A stretch of DNA of 64,000 bases from a virus (taxonomy: Duplodnaviria > Caudoviricetes). The stretch covers positions 731-64,730 of the IMG/VR virus record IMGVR_UViG_3300017776_000008. One strand, given 5' to 3'. Numbering within the stretch: position 1 is the stretch's first letter; each line of letters starts with the position of its first letter. Below, one piece after another: positions 10,326-20,390 of the stretch. Both the position numbers and the translations under genes were made by a program. Under the pieces are notes generated by a model, which did no database searches, was not told the DNA's origin, and saw only the letters and a program-made list of their open reading frames with translations.

Positions 10326-10552
10326 TGATTACCTTTACGGATCTACAAGAAAAACTAAAACTGCAACGCGGAGAAAAGGTTGTAAAGCAATTTAAATCTC
10401 CGAAGCGTAAAAAAGAAATAGCTATCACCGATTTTGGTGGAAAGGGCTTTATGCTTTACTACGATGGCACAGCAGTAGATGATTCTGTGTATGATTCTGT
10501 AAAGGATGCGGAAGCTTCAGCTAAACAATTAATGAAAATGCTGGAGAGATAA
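10325..10552 (+). CDS. small head-associated protein (gp68 position)
   Basis: Lies between the gp67-like gene and gp21; N-terminus MITFTDLQE resembles a capsid-targeting sequence. Confidence 0.55.
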   Translation: MITFTDLQEKLKLQRGEKVVKQFKSPKRKKEIAITDFGGKGFMLYYDGTAVDDSVYDSVKDAEASAKQLMKMLER

Positions 10553-10553
10553 A

Positions 10554-11210
10554 ATGAAACTAATTGCAGAATATATTGATAGCGATTTACAAGTTATCGA
10601 AGAAAAAGTTGGTGGCAAAAAGTCACTAGCTATTGAAGGTGTTTTCATGCAAGCCGATTCTAAAAATAGAAATGGCCGCATATATGATAAGACTATCTTA
10701 GAAAATGCCGTTAACAAATATATTAAAGAACAAGTAAAGACTGGTAGAGCGGTAGGTGAATTGAATCACCCTGATGGACCGACTATCAATCTTGACAAAG
10801 TTTCACATAAGATTACTGAACTCCGTTGGGACGGAAGTAATGTTATAGGAAAAGCATCAATCTTACAAACTCCAATGGGAAAAATTGTAGAAGGTTTACT
10901 AGAAGGGGGTGTTAAGCTTGGTGTATCAAGTCGTGGTATGGGAAGCCTTGTGCAGAAGAATGGAGCTCAACACGTTGGCAAAGATTTTATGCTAGCAACT
11001 GTTGACATTGTTCAAGATCCTTCTGCTCCTGAAGCCTTTGTAAATGGCATCATGGAAGGAGTAGACTGGGTATGGAATAATGGAGTTCTAGTCGCACAAG
11101 ATATTGAATCAATTGAGACTGAAATTAAAGAAGCTAGAAACATGGCAGCCCCTGAGGTTGAAATGCGAGCATTCAAGAATTTCCTCTCTAAATTAAACTC
11201 TAAAATATAG
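10554..11210 (+). CDS. gp21: prohead protease gp21
   Basis: Motifs NRNGRIY, GELNHP, GVSSRGMGS, DIVQDPSAPEAFV. Confidence 0.96.
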   Translation: MKLIAEYIDSDLQVIEEKVGGKKSLAIEGVFMQADSKNRNGRIYDKTILENAVNKYIKEQVKTGRAVGELNHPDGPTINLDKVSHKITELRWDGSNVIGKASILQTPMGKIVEGLLEGGVKLGVSSRGMGSLVQKNGAQHVGKDFMLATVDIVQDPSAPEAFVNGIMEGVDWVWNNGVLVAQDIESIETEIKEARNMAAPEVEMRAFKNFLSKLNSKI

Positions 11211-11219
11211 GAGACTGTT

Positions 11220-12344
11220 ATGTCAATCGACAACGAAAAACTGGAAGAGGCAGTCGAAGATGTAGCTACTGAAGAGCAAATTCAAGAAGAGACTGAAGAG
11301 CTCGTTGAAAATGAGAATTTAGACGAGGCAGAAGTTGAGCTAGAAGAAGCTAAAAAAGTTGAGGAAGAAGACGAAGACGAAGAAGAAGTCGAGGAAGAAG
11401 ACGAAGACGAAGAAGAAACCGTTGAGTCTGTCCAGATTCCAAAAACTAAGGCTGGTGTAATCCAGGCTGCAGTAGAGATGTTGAAGAAAGCCCGTAAAGA
11501 AGATGCACAGAAATTATTTGCTAAAATGACTAAGATTGATGAAACTTCGGAAGAAGATTCTATCAAATCAGTTGATGACGCAATAAAAGGTAAAAAAGCT
11601 AAGAAGGCTAAAGTTGAATCAGTAGATTTTGAAGAAGATCTCGACGCTTTGGTTGCAGAAGAAGCTACTCTTTCTGAAGATTTCCGAGGAAAGGCTGGAG
11701 CTATCTTTGAAGCTGTATTGACTTCTAAGCTTGCTCACGAAGTAGAGCGCCTTGAAGCTGAGTACGTGCAAAATCTGGAAGAAGAAGTTTCAGAAATTCA
11801 AACTTCACTTGTTGATAAAGTAGATTCTTACATGAACTATGTAGTTGAAACTTGGATGCAAGACAATGAAGTTGCAGTTGAAACAGGTCTACGTACCGAA
11901 ATCGCTGAAGAATTTATGACTTCTCTACAAAAAGTATTTGTAGAACACTACATTGATGTTCCTGAAAGTAAAGTAGACTTGGTAGATGAACTATCTGAGC
12001 AAGTTGCTGAACTCGAAGAGAGCCTCAATAAATCAACAGAAGATAATATTCAATTACATGAGTCTGTACAGGATTTCCAACGTGCAGCAATTGTAACTGA
12101 ACACGCTTCTGACTTAGCTACTACTGAAGCTGAAAAGCTTTCTTCTCTAGTCGAAGATATCGATTTTGATGACGCTGAAACTTTCGAAATGAAAGTAAAA
12201 GTTGTTAAAGAATCATACTTTAAAGGTGAAGCTGCTGACTCAGTCGACGAAGCTGATAGCTTACTTGGTGCTGGTACTCAATCCGTTGATGTAACCGACA
12301 CTATGGCTAGATATACTCAAGCAATTAACAAATTAAATAAGTAA
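11220..12344 (+). CDS. gp22: prohead scaffold protein gp22
   Basis: Acidic coiled coil with IFEAVL, VDSYMNYVVETWM, FVEHYIDVP; between gp21 and gp23. Confidence 0.92.
   Translation: MSIDNEKLEEAVEDVATEEQIQEETEELVENENLDEAEVELEEAKKVEEEDEDEEEVEEEDEDEEETVESVQIPKTKAGVIQAAVEMLKKARKEDAQKLFAKMTKIDETSEEDSIKSVDDAIKGKKAKKAKVESVDFEEDLDALVAEEATLSEDFRGKAGAIFEAVLTSKLAHEVERLEAEYVQNLEEEVSEIQTSLVDKVDSYMNYVVETWMQDNEVAVETGLRTEIAEEFMTSLQKVFVEHYIDVPESKVDLVDELSEQVAELEESLNKSTEDNIQLHESVQDFQRAAIVTEHASDLATTEAEKLSSLVEDIDFDDAETFEMKVKVVKESYFKGEAADSVDEADSLLGAGTQSVDVTDTMARYTQAINKLNK
11361..11420 (+). repeat. in-frame 30-bp tandem duplication (EEEDEDEEEV/T x2) in gp22
   Basis: gaggaagaagacgaagacgaagaagaa is repeated at 11361 and 11391. 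Confidence 0.8.
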
Positions 12345-12371
12345 ACATATTACCTAAAGGGGAATTTAAAA

Positions 12372-13715
12372 ATGTTTCAAGCTGATCAAAATCTAATGGA
12401 GAAGTGGAGCCCAGTACTAAAAGCTGAAGGCGCTACTCCCATCGAAGACAATTATAAAGCGGGCGTAACTGCTCGTCTTTTGGAAAACCAAGAACAAGCA
12501 ATGCGTCAAAGCGCTGCTGCTTACAGAGGCAACTTCATCGCGGAAGACACTACTGATGCTTCTGCCGGCGTTGGTACTGTAGACAGTGCAATCGATCCTG
12601 TACTTATCGGATTGGTACGTCGCGCAATGCCTAACCTTATCGCTTATGATATCGCTGGCGTACAGCCAATGACTGGTCCTACTGGCCTTATCTTCGCGAT
12701 GAAATCACGTTACAATGCTGCTGACGGCGGTGTAATCGCTACTAGTGACACTGAAGCTCTATTCAACGAAGCTGATACTGAGTTCTCAGGCGTAGGCAAT
12801 GGGTCTGAACTTAAGGGTAGCGATCCATTCGCTGGCGATACTGCTACTGTAGGCGGTGCTGCTGCTGATGTAGACGACGATGATGCTGTTGACGACTACA
12901 CTCCAGGCGCTGGTATGGCTACAAGTGCTGCTGAAGCTCTTAGTGGTACTGGATTTGGCGAAATGGGCTTTACCATTGAGCGTACTTCAGTAACTGCTAA
13001 GTCTCGTGCACTAAAAGCTGAATACACTATGGAATTGGCTCAAGACCTTAAAGCTGTACACGGTCTAGACGCTGAGTCTGAGTTGGCTAACATTCTTTCT
13101 TCAGAAATCTTGGCTGAAATCAACCGTGAAGTTGTTCGTACTGTTAACCTAAGTGCTAAAGTACGTGTAAACGAAGCTGGCTCGGCAGCAGCAACCTTTG
13201 ACCTTGATTCTTCAGACGGTCGTTGGTTGACTGAAAAAGCTAAGTCACTTCTTATGGAAATCGAAAAGCAAGCTAACTCAATTGCTATCGCAACTCGTCG
13301 TGGTAAAGGTAACTACGTTATCTGTGCTGCTAACGTTGCATCTCTATTGGCTGCTTCTGGTGATCTTAACTACTCAGGTGCAGGTTCACTGAATGTAGAT
13401 CCTACTGGTAATACTTTCGCTGGTACTCTTGGCTCTGGCATCAAAGTATACATCGATCCATACGCAAGTGTTGACTATGTAACTGTTGGTTACAGAGGTT
13501 CAAACCCGTACGACGCTGGTCTATTCTACTGCCCATACGTACCATTACAAATGGTTAAAGCAGTTGGCGAAGACGACTTCCAGCCACGTATCGGATTTAA
13601 GACTCGTTACGGTCTTGTTTCTAACCCGTTCACTAGCATTGCTGCTGGTCAGAACGTTTACTTCCGCAAGTTCAAAGTAACGAACATTAACGGTGACGTT
13701 AACCCAGGAAGCTAG
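12372..13715 (+). CDS. gp23: major capsid protein gp23
   Basis: Motifs GVQPMTGPTGLIFA, KSRALKAEYTMELAQDLKAVHGLDAESELANILS, FQPRIGFKTRYG. Confidence 0.98.
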   Translation: MFQADQNLMEKWSPVLKAEGATPIEDNYKAGVTARLLENQEQAMRQSAAAYRGNFIAEDTTDASAGVGTVDSAIDPVLIGLVRRAMPNLIAYDIAGVQPMTGPTGLIFAMKSRYNAADGGVIATSDTEALFNEADTEFSGVGNGSELKGSDPFAGDTATVGGAAADVDDDDAVDDYTPGAGMATSAAEALSGTGFGEMGFTIERTSVTAKSRALKAEYTMELAQDLKAVHGLDAESELANILSSEILAEINREVVRTVNLSAKVRVNEAGSAAATFDLDSSDGRWLTEKAKSLLMEIEKQANSIAIATRRGKGNYVICAANVASLLAASGDLNYSGAGSLNVDPTGNTFAGTLGSGIKVYIDPYASVDYVTVGYRGSNPYDAGLFYCPYVPLQMVKAVGEDDFQPRIGFKTRYGLVSNPFTSIAAGQNVYFRKFKVTNINGDVNPGS

Positions 13716-13742
13716 TAGTTAATTAATAACTATTAATATTAA

Positions 13743-13765
13743 GGGATCCTTCGGGGTCCCTTTTT
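13743..13765 (+). terminator. Rho-independent terminator after gp23 with cUUCGg tetraloop
   Basis: GGGATCC-TTCG-GGGTCCC-TTTTT. Confidence 0.9.
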
Positions 13766-13771
13766 ATTGCG

Positions 13772-13807
13772 TATAAATAAGTATTGAATGGACAAAAAGT
13801 ATAAATA
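13772..13807 (+). promoter_or_regulatory. tandem late promoters TATAAATA (13772, 13800) for gp3
   Basis: Two exact consensus copies directly after the gp23 terminator. Confidence 0.7.
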
Positions 13808-13812
13808 GTATT

Positions 13813-14274
13813 ATGGGCGAATTAACTACAAATAAGAATTTTCTATCACCTGTTGGATTTCAGTTTGTTATCAACAGAGAAAAGTATGGAAACGTAGAGT
13901 ACTTCTGTACGGCAGTCACTCTGCCTAATATAGACATAACGGAAGTTGCTCTACCCTATCGTGGTTCTAACCATGGCGTAGCTGGCGATAGACTAAACTT
14001 TTCACCGTTGTCTATAACATTTAATGTTACTGAAGATATGGAAAACTATATCGAAATGTTTAATTGGATGCACGATTCAATTAAGCAAGCGGATACATCT
14101 GAGACTGCAGAACTTCAGATTCTTAATAGCCACAATAATATTGCTAAGACGATAAGATTTAATGGCATTTTCCCTACGTCATTAGATAGCTTAGAGTTCA
14201 ATACGCAGAATGATTCGATAGAATATCTTCAGGTATCAGCTACGTTTAAGTATACCAACTTTGAAATACTATAA
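13813..14274 (+). CDS. gp3: tail tube terminator/completion protein gp3-like
   Basis: Motifs NFLSPVGFQF, YFCTAVTLP, EDMENYIEMFNWM, FPTSL; position after gp23. Confidence 0.8.
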   Translation: MGELTTNKNFLSPVGFQFVINREKYGNVEYFCTAVTLPNIDITEVALPYRGSNHGVAGDRLNFSPLSITFNVTEDMENYIEMFNWMHDSIKQADTSETAELQILNSHNNIAKTIRFNGIFPTSLDSLEFNTQNDSIEYLQVSATFKYTNFEIL

Positions 14275-14279
14275 AACAT

Positions 14280-14308
14280 TGTACATTTGAGTTTACCTGT
14301 GTTATAAT
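14280..14308 (+). promoter_or_regulatory. sigma70-like phage promoter TGTACA-N17-TATAAT (uvsY)
   Basis: Member of a promoter family recurring 12 or more times in this window. Confidence 0.8.
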
Positions 14309-14340
14309 AGGTATACATATAAGTACAACATGAGAATATT

Positions 14341-14787
14341 ATGAACAATTTAGAATCAATTATTGAAATGTGGAAGAAAGACTCTGTTATAGATGAAATG
14401 AATCTTGGTGATGCATCCCGCGAATCTGCTAAACTTCACAGCAAATATCTAGAACTATACTCCATAAACAAACTAAAACTTAAAAAATTAGACCTTGACT
14501 TTAAGGTGCTTTTACGTGATAAGTTTATGCACTATAATGGTAAACTCTCGCAGGAAGAATTATCAAGTAAAGGCTGGAGTCCTGACCCACTAAATGGTCT
14601 TACAGTTCTAAAAGGCGATATGGATAAATGGTACGACTCAGATCCATTGATTCAAGAACATCAAGCTAAAATGCAATACACTCAAGAGCTTGTAGATACT
14701 CTTAAAGAAATAATGGATAACATTAAGTGGCGACATCAGTCTATTAAGAATGCTATTGATTGGCATAAATTTACGAGTGGCGTATGA
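14341..14787 (+). CDS. uvsY: recombination mediator UvsY
   Basis: Motifs WKKDSVID, LHSKYL, IKNAIDWHKF; upstream of uvsW. Confidence 0.88.
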   Translation: MNNLESIIEMWKKDSVIDEMNLGDASRESAKLHSKYLELYSINKLKLKKLDLDFKVLLRDKFMHYNGKLSQEELSSKGWSPDPLNGLTVLKGDMDKWYDSDPLIQEHQAKMQYTQELVDTLKEIMDNIKWRHQSIKNAIDWHKFTSGV

Positions 14788-14960
14788 CCCTTATAGATAA
14801 TATAGAGAAAAAGAATGGACGATGGCATTCTTTAACTCAGCTAAAAAACTTTATCCAAGAGAACTCAAAGGAAACGATAAAGCATTTTGATGGCGTTACT
14901 TTAGTAACTAATAAATATACCTATAGACTATGTGATGGAATCATAACTTGGACCAACTAG
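14784..14960 (+). CDS. hypothetical 58-aa protein (missed by the ORF track)
   Basis: MTLIDNIEKKNGRWHSLTQLKNFIQ...; ATGA overlap with the uvsY stop; fills the gap to uvsW. Confidence 0.55.
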   Translation: MTLIDNIEKKNGRWHSLTQLKNFIQENSKETIKHFDGVTLVTNKYTYRLCDGIITWTN

Positions 14961-16453
14961 TAATCACAAAGAAGAACGAAGTTTTTCTGCACATTCAAAC
15001 TGAACCTAGTATAGAAATGGAGTTATCCGAACATTTCTGCTTCTTTGTTCCTGGCTATAAATTTATGCCAGCATATAAGAATAGAATGTGGGATGGCAAG
15101 ATAAGACTGTTTGACCAGAGAAAGAAAACTTTATACTGTGGTCTATACAAATATCTTAAAGAATTTGCTGATGCTAGACAATATGAGATTGTAGTAGAGA
15201 ACTCAGCGTTTGGTCGGCCAGACGCTATACAGAAGATTGAAACATCTTATATTACAGATGGATTAACCCTTACTGCTGGTGGGCAAAAGATTGAGCCACG
15301 TGATTACCAATTAGCAGCATTAGAGCATGCGCTTTCAAATAAGAAAACCCTATTGCTTTCACCTACAGCATCTGGTAAATCACTGATCATTTATATGGCG
15401 ATGAGAGCCTTCTTAGATTCTAGTGATTTAAATGTACTACTGATCGTACCTACCACATCGCTGGTAGAACAGATGTACTCAGACTTTGCAGATTATTCAC
15501 AGTATGATGAATGGAGTGCTGAAGAGAATTGCCATAAGATCTACTCTGGTCGAGAGAAGTACAACTTACAGCAACGAGTTATTATTACCACTTGGCAATC
15601 AATCTATAAAGAACGAGCTCCATGGTTCCAAAACTATGGAATGGTAATCGGCGATGAGGCACATAACTTTAAAGCGAAGTCGCTCACAGCCATCTTAGAA
15701 AAATGTGTTAATGCAGAATATAGAATGGGAACTACCGGTACACTTGATGGTACACAGACTCACCAGTTAGTACTCGAGGGTTTATTTGGACCAGTGCATA
15801 AAGTAACCACAACTAAGAAACTTATTGATGAAAAAGCGTTAGCAGATTTACAGATAGACGTACTGCTACTAAAATATAAAGATGAGATCTGTAGAGAAGT
15901 CGTAAAGAAAGATTACCAGGCTGAGATGGATTTCATCGTTAAATATGAACCACGGAATAACTTTATATCAAACTTAGCTATGGATCTCGAGGGTAATACT
16001 CTGGTCTTATTCCAATATGTAGATAAACACGGTAAGCCATTACACAATATGCTAAGAGAACGATTTGATGCTTTACCAAGAAACGAGAGGAAACTATTTT
16101 ATGTCTCAGGTGAAACCGATGTGGACACAAGGGAAGAGATTCGAGCGATTACGGAAACCCAAGATAATGCGATCATTGTTGCTAGTATGGGCACTTTTTC
16201 TACTGGTATCAATATTAAGCGTTTACACAATATCATCTTTGCTTCGCCAAGTAAGTCTCAAATTAGGGTTCTTCAAAGTATCGGACGAGGTTTAAGAAAG
16301 TCTGCTGATGGTAGAGCAACTAAAGTATTTGATATAGCCGATGATTTGCATTGGAAGTCTAAGAAGAACTACACGCTTAACCATGCAGCTGAACGAATTA
16401 AGATATACGCGAAAGAGAAATTCAAATATAAACTTTATGATGTAAAAATCTAA
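14948..16453 (+). CDS. uvsW: DNA helicase UvsW
   Basis: Motifs WDGKIRLF, SPTASGKS, GDEAH, QSIGRGLR. Confidence 0.95.
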   Translation: MDQLVITKKNEVFLHIQTEPSIEMELSEHFCFFVPGYKFMPAYKNRMWDGKIRLFDQRKKTLYCGLYKYLKEFADARQYEIVVENSAFGRPDAIQKIETSYITDGLTLTAGGQKIEPRDYQLAALEHALSNKKTLLLSPTASGKSLIIYMAMRAFLDSSDLNVLLIVPTTSLVEQMYSDFADYSQYDEWSAEENCHKIYSGREKYNLQQRVIITTWQSIYKERAPWFQNYGMVIGDEAHNFKAKSLTAILEKCVNAEYRMGTTGTLDGTQTHQLVLEGLFGPVHKVTTTKKLIDEKALADLQIDVLLLKYKDEICREVVKKDYQAEMDFIVKYEPRNNFISNLAMDLEGNTLVLFQYVDKHGKPLHNMLRERFDALPRNERKLFYVSGETDVDTREEIRAITETQDNAIIVASMGTFSTGINIKRLHNIIFASPSKSQIRVLQSIGRGLRKSADGRATKVFDIADDLHWKSKKNYTLNHAAERIKIYAKEKFKYKLYDVKI

Positions 16454-16468
16454 GGCATATATAATATT

Positions 16469-16855
16469 ATGGATACTGGACAAATAAGACAGTTTAAGTT
16501 AATTAATGGGGACGACATTATTGCTATTATGGTAGCGAAGAATGGTGATAACTATATTGTCGAAAGCCCATTAATGCTTGTCCATAATGTAACTGGAAAC
16601 TATCATCTAAGCAAATGGTTCCCACTATCACCACAAAAGAGTTTTAAAATATTCCACAATAGAATACTGCAACATGTACCAGTTCATGAAGACATAGCTG
16701 AAGCATATGTTGAAGAAATAATTAACGATCGGAGCAAGGCTCCTCTCGTACAAACGTACAATGAGTTACTTGAAGATTTAATTGAAATTAATCGTGAAAT
16801 TACTGATAATGAAGAACCTGAACTCAAACCTAAGACTAAGCCAACGTACCACTGA
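16469..16855 (+). CDS. hypothetical protein (Sm/SH3-like, conserved after uvsW in marine T4-likes)
   Basis: N-terminus QFKLINGDDII; synteny. Confidence 0.6.
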   Translation: MDTGQIRQFKLINGDDIIAIMVAKNGDNYIVESPLMLVHNVTGNYHLSKWFPLSPQKSFKIFHNRILQHVPVHEDIAEAYVEEIINDRSKAPLVQTYNELLEDLIEINREITDNEEPELKPKTKPTYH

Positions 16856-16885
16856 TATACCCCTCTCCCCCGGAAGGACATTAAT

Positions 16886-16914
16886 ATTATATCATACTTT
16901 CCCCAATTTGTACA
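16886..16914 (-). promoter_or_regulatory. antisense promoter TGTACA-N17-TATAAT on the minus strand
   Basis: The reverse complement reads TGTACA aattggggaaagtatga TATAAT, a perfect match to the phage promoter family. Confidence 0.75.
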
Positions 16915-16947
16915 GGTATTTCGCAATATTTTTTGCAAAAATAATTG

Positions 16948-16976
16948 TTTACTTTTACGCTTAACTGTGTTATAAT
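16948..16976 (+). promoter_or_regulatory. promoter TTTACT-N17-TATAAT for gp55
   Basis: 17-bp spacer with an extended -10 TG. Confidence 0.75.
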
Positions 16977-16999
16977 AGACATAATTATGGAGAAGACCA

Positions 17000-17572
17000 A
17001 TGACAACAAAAGCTAAGCAACGACCACATTACGTAGACAACAAGAAGTTTTCTCTAGCTGTTGTCGAATACGTAGAAACTGTAAATGAAGCTAGAGACAA
17101 GGGAGCTAATATTCCCAAAGTTACTGATTACATCGCAACCTGTTTTATGAAAATATCCGAAGGCCTGTCTCACAGACCGAACTTCGTTCGGTATACCTAT
17201 CGCGAAGAGATGGTTATGGATGCTGTTGAGAATTGTCTAAGAGCAATTGGAAACTACAATATTGAAACAGCTACTCGCACTGGCCGACCTAACGCATTTA
17301 GTTACTTTACACAAATATGCTACTTTGCGTTTATTCGTAGAATCACAAAGGAAAAGAAACAGCAAGATATCAAGTTCAGATTTATAGAACGCATGGGTAT
17401 CGAAGACTTTGTTGCTATGGGTATGGATTCTGAAGGTGCAGAACAAACTGCGGCCTATGTCGATACACTTAGAGAAAGAATCTCTCAAGTTAAGACTAAA
17501 GATCAAGCCATTAAAGAATTTGCTAAGGAAGAGAAAGCTCAGGCTGAAAAGCTAGAGCTCTTTATGGTGTAA
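17000..17572 (+). CDS. gp55: late sigma factor gp55
   Basis: Motifs HYVDNKKF, LSHRPNFVRYTYREEMVMDAVENC, NAFSYFTQICYFAFIRRI. Confidence 0.95.
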   Translation: MTTKAKQRPHYVDNKKFSLAVVEYVETVNEARDKGANIPKVTDYIATCFMKISEGLSHRPNFVRYTYREEMVMDAVENCLRAIGNYNIETATRTGRPNAFSYFTQICYFAFIRRITKEKKQQDIKFRFIERMGIEDFVAMGMDSEGAEQTAAYVDTLRERISQVKTKDQAIKEFAKEEKAQAEKLELFMV

Positions 17573-17573
17573 T

Positions 17574-18635
17574 ATGAAAGTAGCTATTCTAAATGATACC
17601 CATTGTGGTGTTAGAAACTCATCAGATATATTCTTAAAATACCAGGAAAGATTCTATACAGAAGTATTTTTTCCATATTTAAAAGAACATAATATTAAGA
17701 ATATTCTACACTTAGGAGATTACTATGAGCACAGGAAGTTCGTTAACTTTAAAGCTCTTAATCAAAATCGCAAACATTTTCTTGAGCCTATGCGGGATGC
17801 TGGTATTATTATGGATATCATCCCTGGTAACCATGATGTGTATTTCAAAAATACTAACGAGTTGTGTAGCCTCAAAGAATTGCTCGGCTATTTTACTTCA
17901 AATGTCAACATACATATGGAACCTACAGTAGTCGATTATGATGGCTTCGGCGTTGCAGTAATACCATGGATCAATAATGCTAACTACAAAGAGTATGTCG
18001 ATTTTGCTATGAACTGTGAAGCTTCTATTCTTGGAGCACACTTGGAACTGAAAGGCTTTGATATGATGGCAGGTGTACCTAATCCACACGGTATGAATGC
18101 TGATATATTCAAACGCTTTGAAATGGTTCTATCAGGGCATTTCCATACTAAATCACACCAAGACAACGTTCATTATCTTGGTAGTCAAATGGAATTTACT
18201 TGGGCAGATGTTGACGATCCTAAGTACTTCCACATATTGGATACAGAAACACGAGAGATTACTCCAGTGCGTAATCCAATTACAATGTTTAAGAAAATCA
18301 TCTATGACGATAAGACTACAGATTACAGCACGGTCGATGTCTCTCAATACGAGCAGAAGTTTATCAAACTAATCGTTATAAATAAAAATGATCTATACAT
18401 GTTCGACCAGTTTGTTGACAGATTGCAAAGTATAGAAACATATGAACTCAAGATTGCAGAGTCATTCGAGGAGTATCTGGGGGATAGCGTAGAAGACGAG
18501 AAAGTCTCCTTAGAAGATACAACCACTCTACTTGATTCATACGTTGAAGCTGTTGAAACAGACTTAGACAAAGATCACTTGAAAATTGAATTAAGAAAAC
18601 TATATACTGAAGCACAAAACCTTGAGGTTGTATGA
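17574..18635 (+). CDS. gp47: recombination endonuclease gp47 (Mre11-like)
   Basis: Motifs DTHCG, HLGDY, GNHD, SGHFH. Confidence 0.95.
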   Translation: MKVAILNDTHCGVRNSSDIFLKYQERFYTEVFFPYLKEHNIKNILHLGDYYEHRKFVNFKALNQNRKHFLEPMRDAGIIMDIIPGNHDVYFKNTNELCSLKELLGYFTSNVNIHMEPTVVDYDGFGVAVIPWINNANYKEYVDFAMNCEASILGAHLELKGFDMMAGVPNPHGMNADIFKRFEMVLSGHFHTKSHQDNVHYLGSQMEFTWADVDDPKYFHILDTETREITPVRNPITMFKKIIYDDKTTDYSTVDVSQYEQKFIKLIVINKNDLYMFDQFVDRLQSIETYELKIAESFEEYLGDSVEDEKVSLEDTTTLLDSYVEAVETDLDKDHLKIELRKLYTEAQNLEVV

Positions 18636-20347
18636 TACATTTTAAATCATGTAAGTGGAAGAATTTTCTTTCCACAGGGACAGATCCAATTGAGATCAAG
18701 CTTGACAAATCACCAACAACTCTTATCGTAGGCCAAAACGGAGCTGGTAAATCTACTTTACTAGACGCACTATCGTTTGGTTTATTCGGTAAGCCTCATC
18801 GCGATATTGGCAAAAATCAACTAATCAATAGTATCAATAAAAAGGGCACTGTAGTTGAAGTAGAGTTTGATATTGGTAACTCACAGTTTAAGATTGTACG
18901 TGGTATTAAGCCAAGTAAGTTTGAAATATGGCAGAATGGCAATCAGATTAATCAAGCATCTAACGCGAGAGACTTTCAAAAGTTCTTAGAGACAAACATT
19001 CTAAAACTAAACCATAAGAGTTTCCACCAGGTAGTAGTACTAGGAAGTAGTTCATTCATTCCATTTATGCAATTACCTGCTTGGTCTCGTAGAAGTGTTA
19101 TTGAAGATCTATTGGATATCAATATTTTTAGTAAAATGAATGCTCTACTTAAAGAGCGCAATGTTAAGATACGAGATGAACTCACAGATATCAATCACAA
19201 TATTGATATTCTAAACACTCGTATGGAATCACAGCGTAAGTACATTAAGAGTCTAGAATCTCTCAACCAAGAACAAATCGAGGGTAAAAGAGAATCTATT
19301 GCTACTCACAAACAGGCTATTGACGATACATTCAATGAGTCACAAGAGCTAGGTAAGAATTTATCGACACTCATTGGCCAGGAAGAAAAGAATCACAAGG
19401 CCTTTATGGAACGCATGACAGAAGTTAAGTCTGCAGAAAAAGGATTGAATGATAATATAAAGTCGCTTGTTAAAGAGGCTAGGTTCTATGAAGATAACGA
19501 CCATTGCCCTACATGCGACCAAGCAATTGACGATCAGATAAAGACTGAAAAATTATCTGGTATCAAAACGACTGCGGCCGACGTCCAGCAAACTCTTCAA
19601 ACATTATCACGGGAGGTGACAACCACTGAGAAAGAGGGTCAACAGATTTCTAATAATCTGAACCAGCTGAGACAACGGCAACAGAAGATTAATTCTAATA
19701 ACGAGAAGATCGCTGTGCTACAGAAAGAGATCGACAAAGTACAAAAAGAAATTAATCACCTAACATCTCAAACTGGAGACACAGGAAAGGCTAAAGGTGA
19801 ATTGTCAGAGTACCGACAATCAAAAGAAGCAATTACTGAAAAGAAGCTAGAATATGTAGAGGAACGAACTTACAATGAAGTTATCGGAGAGATGCTCAAA
19901 GATACCGGTATCAAAACCAAAGTCATTAAGCAATACCTTCCGGTAATGAATCGTCTGATCAATCAATATCTGCAAATTCTAGACTTCTTTGTTGCTTTCC
20001 ATTTAGATGAAAGCTTTAATGAAACGATTAGATCGCGCCATAGAGATACATTTAACTATGCTTCATTCTCTGAAGGCGAGAAGCAACGAATAGATCTATC
20101 GTTACTATTTACTTGGCGCCAGATTGCTAAGCTAAAGAATAGCGCAGCAACCAATCTGCTAATTCTTGACGAAACATTTGATAGTAGTTTGGATAACGAT
20201 GGTATTGACAACCTAACTAAAATTCTACAAACGCTGGAAGGTGGAACAAATGTCTTTATCATATCTCATAAAGGCGATATCCTAGAGAATAAATTTAGAT
20301 CTAAAATTGAGTTCTTTAAGTCAAAGAACTTCTCAAAAATTGCTTAA
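18632..20347 (+). CDS. gp46: recombination ATPase gp46 (Rad50-like)
   Basis: GQNGAGKST, zinc hook CPTC, FSEGEKQRID, LDETFDSSLD. Confidence 0.96.
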   Translation: MIHFKSCKWKNFLSTGTDPIEIKLDKSPTTLIVGQNGAGKSTLLDALSFGLFGKPHRDIGKNQLINSINKKGTVVEVEFDIGNSQFKIVRGIKPSKFEIWQNGNQINQASNARDFQKFLETNILKLNHKSFHQVVVLGSSSFIPFMQLPAWSRRSVIEDLLDINIFSKMNALLKERNVKIRDELTDINHNIDILNTRMESQRKYIKSLESLNQEQIEGKRESIATHKQAIDDTFNESQELGKNLSTLIGQEEKNHKAFMERMTEVKSAEKGLNDNIKSLVKEARFYEDNDHCPTCDQAIDDQIKTEKLSGIKTTAADVQQTLQTLSREVTTTEKEGQQISNNLNQLRQRQQKINSNNEKIAVLQKEIDKVQKEINHLTSQTGDTGKAKGELSEYRQSKEAITEKKLEYVEERTYNEVIGEMLKDTGIKTKVIKQYLPVMNRLINQYLQILDFFVAFHLDESFNETIRSRHRDTFNYASFSEGEKQRIDLSLLFTWRQIAKLKNSAATNLLILDETFDSSLDNDGIDNLTKILQTLEGGTNVFIISHKGDILENKFRSKIEFFKSKNFSKIA

Positions 20348-20369
20348 AGCTCATTTAGACACGCTTTTT

Positions 20370-20389
20370 GGTCGGGATAAGCTCCGACC
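20370..20389 (+). terminator. hairpin after gp46
   Basis: GGTCGGG-ataagc-TCCGACC flanked by T-rich sequence. Confidence 0.5.
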
Positions 20390-20390
20390 T

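Noticed and set aside
11361-11420. Tandem repeat as CRISPR or regulatory array
   Set aside because: Only two in-frame copies encoding an acidic linker of gp22; no spacers or cas genes.
16684-16938. Minus-strand 84-aa ORF as the product of the antisense promoter
   Set aside because: Its start lies upstream of the promoter, the internal ATG (16881) is only 4 nt from the -10, and the rest is the antisense shadow of ORF 16469.
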